Shown here one piece after another: positions 7,260 through 13,193 of a DNA stretch of 13,762 bases. The position numbers were made by a program, and so were the translations under genes. Under the pieces are notes generated by a model. It was not told the origin of the DNA. It did not search any database and saw only the letters and a list, made by a program, of their open reading frames with translations. How positions within the stretch are numbered: position 1 is the stretch's first letter; every line of letters begins with the position of its first letter. The DNA lies in the NCBI GenBank assembly GCA_964480435.1, contig CAYZSS010000014.1, forward strand, positions 1 through 13,762, written 5' to 3'. The DNA is from an uncultured archaeon (GTDB lineage: Archaea > Iainarchaeota > Iainarchaeia > Iainarchaeales > 0-14-0-20-30-16).

Positions 7260-7805
7260 TTATAATTTATTTTTAATATAATCTTTTACTGCATTATAAA
7301 CTTCTTTTTCGTTTAATTCATCTGTATTTATTATTAAATCAAAAGGCCTTATGTCATTCAAAATGTCAATACTATATAGTTTTTTAAAAAACACCCCATT
7401 TTCTTTATCTCTTTTTTTTAATGACCTTATACATTCTGCTTTAGATAAGGAATCTCTTTTTGACATTCTTTCAGCTCTTACTTTTTCGCTTGCAGAAATT
7501 AAAATCTTTATTGCTTTTCCTTTGTACAACCAGCCCATAGCCCAAGAATCAAAAACTTTATTCCCTTCTTTTGCTAGTTTTAACTGTATTTTATCAAGTT
7601 CTTTATCAACTGTTTTAGTATTTCGTTCATTTGACAGGTAAAGCCCCTTTGTATCCCAAAAATCCTTCTGTTTTCTATAATCATAGCCAAGCATGCCTTT
7701 AAGCAAGGTAGAGCTAGAAATATATTCCATTTTGAAATGCTTTGCCACCAATTTTGCAAGAGTGGATTTTCCAGTTGATGCTAAACCGCAAATAATTACA
7801 TTCAT
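7260..7805 (-). CDS. cmk: Cytidylate (CMP) kinase, archaeal type
   Basis: It has a P-loop (GLASTGKST). D.ELD..QL.LAKEGN.V..S...GW......IKI...A...VRAER..KR and the DLIINTD tail follow the archaeal Cmk pattern along the whole length. The preferred start is ATG 7805 (MNVIICG), preceded by GTGAGTAAT. The GTG at 7814 in the ORF track lies inside that SD. Confidence 0.85.
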   Translation of the reverse strand: MNVIICGLASTGKSTLAKLVAKHFKMEYISSSTLLKGMLGYDYRKQKDFWDTKGLYLSNERNTKTVDKELDKIQLKLAKEGNKVFDSWAMGWLYKGKAIKILISASEKVRAERMSKRDSLSKAECIRSLKKRDKENGVFFKKLYSIDILNDIRPFDLIINTDELNEKEVYNAVKDYIKNKL

Positions 7806-7882
7806 ATTACTCACATATAAAAAAAGAGAGTATATTTTAAATATATTTACTAATATAATATAATTAAGGTTAAGGTGGAATC

Positions 7883-8893
7883 ATGAAAATTACTGGAGCA
7901 CAGATAGGAAGTATTTTTATTATAGTTATTATGTTAGCATCAGTTATAGGAGTGTCTTTTTCTTCGTGGGGAAAAGATAAGGCAGCAGTTCCAGATGCAA
8001 ATATGGCTGCAACCGCCATAAAAGATGTCTATTCAGCAGACGTTAATGGAATAATAACTGAAAAGACAACTGATATTCTTATTACTGCAGATACAAATGA
8101 GCTAGATATTACCAAGCTTGATGCACAATTAACAGATATTAATAATGTAAAAACAATTATAAGTAGCCAATATAACACAGATTCAAACAAAATCATTTAT
8201 ATTGCAAATTTAAGATTAAAAGAAAAAGATTATGATTACACTTTTGTTGAAGCATTAAATAATGTATTCTCAAGTTACCAATTATACCCTACACAATTAT
8301 TTTCTTTTACAAACCCTATACACTTAGTATCAAAAGATTCAAACAACATAATAGACTATGACCTGGGGTATACTCAAATGAAAATAATTACGGAAAGCAC
8401 TACTCAAGAAAAAGACAACATTACTGCAAGATTTGATGTTGCCACAACAAATGACATCCCAACACAGATATTTGCTTATGAAATATTAAATATAAGTGCT
8501 CAACCTATTTCTTTTGTAAATATTGAAGAAAAAGAAATTTTTGATTTAAATGAATATACTATACTTTCTTCAGAACAAAGTTTTGATACAAACCTGTTAA
8601 AGAACTACTTTACTGATTATAGGGTAGTTACAGATAATGACACAAACAATCAAAAAATAGAAACTAAAGACGATATAAATACAATTTCTGCATTTATAGA
8701 GGACTATAATAGCTTTAAAGGAACAAAAACCGCAAAAATTTATGTTGATAGTTTATCATATTTAGACCAAAACTATAGTTATGATAATAATGTAGACGTG
8801 AGCGTATCTTATGATAAAACAAACACCGATACCCTAAATATCGGAGGATACATTTACAGAAATGAATTAGTACAAGTATTTGCTTATGAATAG
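7883..8893 (+). CDS. N-terminally membrane-anchored extracytoplasmic protein, function unknown
   Basis: SD aaGGTGGaatcATG precedes the start. A single N-terminal hydrophobic helix (IGSIFIIVIMLASVIGVSF) is followed by an acidic N/D/T/I-rich ectodomain. The motif Q[IV]FAYE occurs at aa 195-200 and at the C-terminus (aa 331-336). Confidence 0.7.
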   Translation: MKITGAQIGSIFIIVIMLASVIGVSFSSWGKDKAAVPDANMAATAIKDVYSADVNGIITEKTTDILITADTNELDITKLDAQLTDINNVKTIISSQYNTDSNKIIYIANLRLKEKDYDYTFVEALNNVFSSYQLYPTQLFSFTNPIHLVSKDSNNIIDYDLGYTQMKIITESTTQEKDNITARFDVATTNDIPTQIFAYEILNISAQPISFVNIEEKEIFDLNEYTILSSEQSFDTNLLKNYFTDYRVVTDNDTNNQKIETKDDINTISAFIEDYNSFKGTKTAKIYVDSLSYLDQNYSYDNNVDVSVSYDKTNTDTLNIGGYIYRNELVQVFAYE

Positions 8894-8897
8894 CAAA

Positions 8898-8912
8898 TCT
8901 TTCTTTTTTATT
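8898..8912 (+). terminator. Oligo-T tract (possible archaeal intrinsic terminator)
   Basis: tctttcttttttatt begins 5 nt after stop TAG 8891-8893 and includes a T6 run at 8904-8909. Archaeal RNAP commonly terminates at oligo-T. Confidence 0.3.
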
Positions 8913-8927
8913 ATACAAAACCAAAAG

Positions 8928-8935
8928 TTATAAAA
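8928..8935 (+). promoter_or_regulatory. Archaeal TATA box (TTATAAAA) placed for a leaderless transcript starting at ATG 8958
   Basis: The sequence is ccaaaagTTATAAAAacaaaaaagacctcttatttacATG. The box spans -30..-23 from the A of the ATG, the same geometry as the 996-1003 box. No SD lies between the box and the ATG. Confidence 0.4.
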
Positions 8936-8957
8936 ACAAAAAAGACCTCTTATTTAC

Positions 8958-9611
8958 ATGGTTCTAACTAGTGAGCAATTACATAATTTTAACGCATTCA
9001 GGGAAAGACTTGCTTTTTCTTTAAGAAAAATGCATGACTCAGAATCAAACCCGTATGAAAAATTAATGTTAGCCCACGTACTTAGAAATGTTGTCCTAGT
9101 CCCTATAAATTTTAAACAAGGGTATTACCTTACTTCAAACGAATCAAGTGTAGTTTTTGGGGAGAATTTAAAAAGAAGCAGAGTAGAAAAAACAACTACT
9201 GGGATAGAAATTCCGCATATAGATTCAGTAATTAGAATCCCCATAGAACATTTATTCAGCGGAAATGGCCTAAATCCCGCAGGAGTTATGACTCTATTAC
9301 ACGAATATTCACATATTGTGCTCCCTGTTACCGCATACAGATATACTCGTTCTTTAGGCTTGCCTTTACATATGGCAGACGAACTTTTTGCAGACTTATT
9401 AGCAGTAAGGATTGCAAATAAGACAAATGTCCCAAAACACGCAATTACAGCCCACATTTTAAGAAGACAGGCAAATTATGGAAGCTTTCCATTTGCAAGG
9501 AGACTACTGGGATACAAATCAAGAACAAGAAGAAGAGGAAATTTTATTGAAATCCCATTCAAAAAAGCAGAGAAAGCCATTTTCTCGCCATTTAGAGCAA
9601 GGATGAGATAA
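8958..9611 (+). CDS. HExxH zinc-metallopeptidase-like protein with a basic C-terminal tail (family unresolved: SprT/WLM-like or ImmA/IrrE-like)
   Basis: HEYSH sits at aa 115-119 (nt 9300-9314) within TLLHEYSHIV. Candidate third ligands lie in PLHMADELFADLLAV (His at +19, Glu at +23 from the second His). The tail is KSRTRRRGNFIEIPFKKAEKAIFSPFRARMR. By hand count there are about 21 Arg versus about 12 Lys, unlike the Lys-rich neighbours. Confidence 0.65.
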   Translation: MVLTSEQLHNFNAFRERLAFSLRKMHDSESNPYEKLMLAHVLRNVVLVPINFKQGYYLTSNESSVVFGENLKRSRVEKTTTGIEIPHIDSVIRIPIEHLFSGNGLNPAGVMTLLHEYSHIVLPVTAYRYTRSLGLPLHMADELFADLLAVRIANKTNVPKHAITAHILRRQANYGSFPFARRLLGYKSRTRRRGNFIEIPFKKAEKAIFSPFRARMR

Positions 9612-10160
9612 ATGTATACTGGCCCAATAGTATTTATTGTTCATTCTCCCTTTGTTGGGGAATGGGCTTATACTAACTTTCCTCTGTTTCAAAGCCCAGA
9701 AAGCAAAATAGAAACTAATGCAATGTTGGATCATGCAAAGAAAATATTAAAACTTATAAAATTTGCAAAAAAACACGACCTACCTGTGGTTTATGGACAC
9801 CAAGAACACATAGAACCTTGGTTTAAAGATATAGTAAAAGACGCAATTAAGGTAGACCTTTCAGGACCAGCAACAGACTGGGAAAAAAAGATAAAGAAAG
9901 GTCTAGAAACACACCAAATAAATCCCTCCAAAGTTATTATTGGCGGACATTATACAGAATTGTGTGTAAAAATTGTAGAAAACAGGCTAAGACTTTTATT
10001 TCCTACAGCAAGAATTATAGAATTGCGTCAAAATTACACAGCATCACACTGTATTGGAAAAGGTTTCGCCTGTTCTGAAGACAGGGTAGAAAGTAAAAAT
10101 GAAAAAAAAGAACAAAAAGTAGAAAGACGTCCTTTAGCAAGAAAGCTTCTTAGACTTTAA
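9612..10160 (+). CDS. Isochorismatase/nicotinamidase-like cysteine hydrolase (divergent)
   Basis: ATG 9612 directly abuts TAA 9609-9611. By-eye alignment to archaeal PncA gives IVFIVHSPF vs LIVVDMQRDF, KILKLIKFAKKHDLPVVYGHQEHIEPWF vs the ...LIVATRDWHPENHISF metal site, and INPSKVIIGGHYTELCV vs VKRVYICGVATEYCV (nucleophile Cys118, nt 9963-9965). The triad Asp position is His. The C-terminal tail is charged. Confidence 0.65.
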   Translation: MYTGPIVFIVHSPFVGEWAYTNFPLFQSPESKIETNAMLDHAKKILKLIKFAKKHDLPVVYGHQEHIEPWFKDIVKDAIKVDLSGPATDWEKKIKKGLETHQINPSKVIIGGHYTELCVKIVENRLRLLFPTARIIELRQNYTASHCIGKGFACSEDRVESKNEKKEQKVERRPLARKLLRL

Positions 10161-10165
10161 CTAAA

Positions 10166-10183
10166 CTCATATTAACATATGAG
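10166..10183. terminator. Short hairpin at a convergent gene junction (possible bidirectional terminator element)
   Basis: ctcatat-taac-atatgag forms a perfect 7-bp stem with a 4-nt loop. It begins 6 nt after stop 10158-10160 and overlaps the last codons and stop of the - strand PCNA paralog. The stem is AT-rich and therefore weak. Confidence 0.2.
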
Positions 10184-10859
10184 CTAACAAGAATTCGATT
10201 TTTATTTCTCCAATAGTATATGTCCCATAAAGAGGAGAATTATTTCCTAATTTAAGAGTAACTTCATTATCCGCATTTTTTATTAAATTAAATAATTGCA
10301 ATGTAGAAAATCTTACATTAAATGGACCTGGTTCATTGCCAACATCCATTTTTGTTAAAAATCTTCCTTGTATTCCTTCCGCAAGAATAGTTAAATGCTC
10401 ATCAACCTTAATAGTCACAGAACTTGCTACTGTTGATGTGCTTCTAAATATATCCCTTAAAATTGTTCCTTTTTCTGTTAAAGTCACAGTATATTTATCC
10501 AACTTAAATTCTATACTTGGTTCCTTAACTTCTATTATAGGTAAAAAATAGCTCCTGGTATAGTTTCCTTCTGCCCTTATTTCCACCTCAGTATCATGCA
10601 AAACGAAATTCATTTTTTCGTCATTTCCGACTTTAGAAACTAGTTTGTTAAATTCTTGAAAATTTAAACCCATAGCAATTGGATCAAAATCATTTTCAAT
10701 AACAGAATTAGGAAATAAAGCTTTTAAAAATACAATATTAGTTTTATCTAGAGCAATTACGCTTATTCCAGATACTGATATATGGAGGTTACCCTCCTCT
10801 ATAATTGTTGCCAATTGATCTATAGCTTTTTTAAAACTCTCAGTATCTTTTACTTGCAT
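10167..10859 (-). CDS. Divergent PCNA-like sliding-clamp paralog (230 aa)
   Basis: It follows the PCNA pattern throughout: FKKAIDQLATIIEEGNLHISVSGISVIALDKTNIVFL, MGLNFQEFNKLV, RSYFLPIIE and C-terminal IKIEFLLAHMLI (vs IQYFLAPRIEE in the upstream copy). ATG 10859 is 5 nt after the PCNA1 stop, with RBS GAGTGA-GTTAA-ATG. Confidence 0.8.
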   Translation of the reverse strand: MQVKDTESFKKAIDQLATIIEEGNLHISVSGISVIALDKTNIVFLKALFPNSVIENDFDPIAMGLNFQEFNKLVSKVGNDEKMNFVLHDTEVEIRAEGNYTRSYFLPIIEVKEPSIEFKLDKYTVTLTEKGTILRDIFRSTSTVASSVTIKVDEHLTILAEGIQGRFLTKMDVGNEPGPFNVRFSTLQLFNLIKNADNEVTLKLGNNSPLYGTYTIGEIKIEFLLAHMLI

Positions 10860-10864
10860 TTAAC

Positions 10865-11605
10865 TCACTCTTCAATTCTTGGAGCGAGGAAATACTGTAT
10901 AGTTGATTCTTGTATTTTATACTTTAATTTCAATGGTGCGTCTGTTTTTAGATATATTTCTAATTCAGTATCGTTGCTTGCACCTTTAAGTAAACTTTCC
11001 AAGAAATCTATTGAGTAAATTGATTTTGCATCCCCTTTTATGTCCTTATCCAAAACATCTGCATTAGTTAGGCTTGTTTCAGACGCTAATTCACCTTTTG
11101 TACTTGTTGTACTTATGGAAATATTTGCGTTATCTATTTTTATTGTAAGATAGGATGCAAATAAAGCAGCATCTTTTACCCCATCAGCTAAAATAGGTGC
11201 CTTAATCTTAACAAAAACATCATAAGTTATGCTTGGATTAGGCAATTCAGAAGCAGATAAATCAAGTAAGTTTATAGAAAAGGATCTCTTAGTAGTTCCT
11301 TGTAATGTAATATTCAATCTTTTACTAGCACCCACTTCCAAAATTACTTTATCTTCTGGTTTTGCTCTTTTAACAATTTGTTGTAAACTTGGGATATTTA
11401 CTCCTAGTTTCTTTTGTCCAGTAATTTTAAAGTCTTCAAAAGCATCTCTTGGTAAATTATATATTACCAAAGCGATTTGGCTTGGGTCAATAGCTTTTAA
11501 TGATAATCCGTATTCATTAACTACAAATTCAGCATCAGTAATTAATTCTGCAATAGCATCTAAACTCTGCCTTAATGTCTTAGAATCTGATAATACTAGC
11601 TTCAT
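10865..11605 (-). CDS. pcn: DNA polymerase sliding clamp PCNA (canonical)
   Basis: 246 aa. LSDSKTLRQSLDAIAELITDAEFVVNEYGLSLKAIDPSQIALV, KRSFSINLLDL, SIYSIDFLESLLKGA and the C-terminal YFLAPRIEE are hallmark archaeal PCNA segments. SD GGAGGA lies 6 nt upstream of ATG 11605. Confidence 0.92.
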   Translation of the reverse strand: MKLVLSDSKTLRQSLDAIAELITDAEFVVNEYGLSLKAIDPSQIALVIYNLPRDAFEDFKITGQKKLGVNIPSLQQIVKRAKPEDKVILEVGASKRLNITLQGTTKRSFSINLLDLSASELPNPSITYDVFVKIKAPILADGVKDAALFASYLTIKIDNANISISTTSTKGELASETSLTNADVLDKDIKGDAKSIYSIDFLESLLKGASNDTELEIYLKTDAPLKLKYKIQESTIQYFLAPRIEE

Positions 11606-11646
11606 AAGGAATCCTCCTATAAGATATATATATTATCCTACAAACC

Positions 11647-11655
11647 TATTAAAAA
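11647..11655 (-). promoter_or_regulatory. Candidate TATA box (TTTTTAATA on the - strand) for the PCNA pair
   Basis: It spans -50..-42 from ATG 11605. That would give a ~19-nt leader starting just upstream of the GGAGGA SD. It lies in the 83-nt spacer after the stop of the upstream gene. Confidence 0.3.
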
Positions 11656-11688
11656 CGTACTCTTTTATCTTTAAAGAGAAGAGAGTAA

Positions 11689-12135
11689 CTACCCCCTCTT
11701 ATTTACCATTATACTTTTTGTTTTTGAGATATTAGTAAAAAAAGATATTTGTAGAACCCCATTTAGTAATAGCTTTTTTGATTGTAGCCCGCTAGTAATT
11801 CCAGATATAATTGAACCTATTTGCCCAGCTATTCCAGAGCTAAACAGATTAGGGCAGGTTACTTCAAAAGGAATAATATAATCCCCTGGAGAATAGGCTT
11901 TTTCTGACTCTAAATCAATTCTAGCCAATCTTGTTCGGCTTGTAGACCTTTTTACCCCATTGGTGCCTATTTGAGTAGAAACATTTTCTAATAATAAGTC
12001 TATATATAGCCCTTTACTTTGTAATGGTTTTTTAATTTTTAACTTTATTTCTCCTTTAATTTTATCCCCATCCACAACAACAGGGTTACTTATATTTATT
12101 TCCATACTTCCATTCAAAAAACCAAATAAAGCCAT
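11689..12135 (-). CDS. Small arrestin-N/Spo0M-like beta-sandwich protein (pattern-level call)
   Basis: MALFGFLNGSMEINISNPVVVDGDKIKGEIKLKIKKPLQSKGLYIDLLL resembles the Spo0M/arrestin-N opening (short N-terminal peptide, then a 'pGe.i.G.v.l......kgi.i.L' strand pair). AYSPGDYIIPFEVTCPNLFSS resembles the arrestin 'G.h.fPF.f.lP...p.S' motif. SD is GGGGTGGTTGA-ATG. Confidence 0.5.
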   Translation of the reverse strand: MALFGFLNGSMEINISNPVVVDGDKIKGEIKLKIKKPLQSKGLYIDLLLENVSTQIGTNGVKRSTSRTRLARIDLESEKAYSPGDYIIPFEVTCPNLFSSGIAGQIGSIISGITSGLQSKKLLLNGVLQISFFTNISKTKSIMVNKRG

Positions 12136-12159
12136 TCAACCACCCCATAAATATTAGCT

Positions 12160-12873
12160 CTAGAACAAACCAACAAACCACATTATGATGTTATAGGGAA
12201 TTACTTTTATATACCCCAAATAAGGTATTCTAAAAAGCATTTTTCCCATTACTTTATCTTCTGGTATTGCTGTCTTGTACAGACATGCATCCTTTATTAT
12301 ATACTGTCCATAAACAAATTCACAGTCTTCATCCAACATAAAGTTAGTTTCTTTATTATCGCCTTTAGTAAGATAGAAAACACCATCATTAGCATGTACT
12401 CTTAAAACAGCCCTATGAACTAAATCTTTTTTTACTACTTCAGAGTAATAGATTATCACATCTGCATTAATATTTAAATTATATGTCTCATTACCAATTT
12501 TTATTTTTTCTGCATTTCCATTAACAAAAAGAGGTTCTGAAAAATCCCTAATATTTTTTCCAAAAATATTTCCGTCATAGTAGACATCAGTAGTTTCAAT
12601 GTTTTTTGGAGCCCCAACAACAAGTAAATCCCCAATATTCACATTAGGAGTCATAGAACCTGTCACAACAATGGTTATAGGCTTACTGACGCCAGTAATT
12701 AAACCAATAATACAAATAGTTAAGTAAGCTAAAAGAAGAGCATAAAGAATCTGCAAGACCCAGTCTAAAAGTTTATAATTAATTCCTTTTTTATGTATAA
12801 ACCCAAGGGCTAAGTCCATATAGGTAAAAGGATCAAGCCATTTCAATTTCTCTTTAATTTCTTTCCAGCCCAT
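12160..12873 (-). CDS. Signal peptidase I, archaeal/ER Sec11 type (S26B)
   Basis: An N-terminal TM is followed by the conserved boxes VVTGSMTPN (Ser nucleophile), GDLLVV, LVHRAV (His general base) and LTKGDNKETNFMLDED. A C-terminal hydrophobic segment is present. There is an unusually long insert of about 60 aa between the GDLLVV and HRAV boxes. Confidence 0.85.
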   Translation of the reverse strand: MGWKEIKEKLKWLDPFTYMDLALGFIHKKGINYKLLDWVLQILYALLLAYLTICIIGLITGVSKPITIVVTGSMTPNVNIGDLLVVGAPKNIETTDVYYDGNIFGKNIRDFSEPLFVNGNAEKIKIGNETYNLNINADVIIYYSEVVKKDLVHRAVLRVHANDGVFYLTKGDNKETNFMLDEDCEFVYGQYIIKDACLYKTAIPEDKVMGKMLFRIPYLGYIKVIPYNIIMWFVGLF

Positions 12874-12878
12874 TCAAA

Positions 12879-13193
12879 TCATTTTTTCTTTGACTTCTTT
12901 TTTGATGTGCTTATTTCTGACATAAGAGCCAAAACTTGCTTATTAAAATCTGATACTTCCTTTTTACATTCTGCCATAGCAGAGTCCAATACTTCTTTAG
13001 CATCTGCTGTTTTTACTGTCTTTATTGTAAATATACATTCATCGTTATCAGGATGGTCAACATAGTATGATGCACTTTCAACACTTTTATTTTCTAAAAG
13101 TTTCTTCTGCAAAAAGCCAGTTACCGTATATTTGTCCCCTTTTATTTTAAACTCTAATTCATTTTTTCCTTTCTTAATTACTTCTATATCCAT
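12879..13193 (-). CDS. rpoL: DNA-directed RNA polymerase subunit L (Rpo11)
   Basis: MDIEVIKKGKNELEFKIKGDKYTVTGFLQKKLLENKSVESASYYVDHPDNDECIFTIKT follows the RpoL/Rpb11 pattern (nel.l.i.gEdHTl.N.L...L.....V..A.Y...HP). ATG 13193 abuts the Csl4 stop (TGAATG). Confidence 0.85.
   Translation of the reverse strand: MDIEVIKKGKNELEFKIKGDKYTVTGFLQKKLLENKSVESASYYVDHPDNDECIFTIKTVKTADAKEVLDSAMAECKKEVSDFNKQVLALMSEISTSKKKSKKK

Noticed and set aside
7883-7975. Class III (type IV pilin/archaellin-like) signal peptide at MKITG/AQIGSIFIIV
   Set aside because: The residue at -2 from the putative Gly cleavage site is Thr rather than the charged residue (K/R/D/E) expected by the FlaFind-type pattern. It is more simply an ordinary signal anchor.
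8958-10160. Calling the cassette a horizontally acquired island on GC content
   Set aside because: Hand counts of 60-nt blocks give about 37-42% GC here. Blocks in PCNA1 (~40%) and the 32..973 gene (~37%) are similar, and the very low values (~15%) come from K/E-rich or spacer regions. Only the Arg/Lys bias is unusual, so there is no compositional proof of transfer.
11623-11634. ATATATATATTA run just upstream of PCNA1 as its TATA box
   Set aside because: It lies only ~18-29 nt from the ATG, so the predicted TSS would fall at or inside the start codon and downstream of the clear GGAGGA SD. The TTTTTAATA at 11647-11655 fits better.
11229-11735. 168-aa + strand ORF overlapping PCNA1 and the spacer
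   Set aside because: It is antisense to a canonical PCNA. It has no RBS motif and its composition is typical of shadow ORFs in AT-rich DNA. The same reasoning applies to 10336..10551 and 10782..11018.
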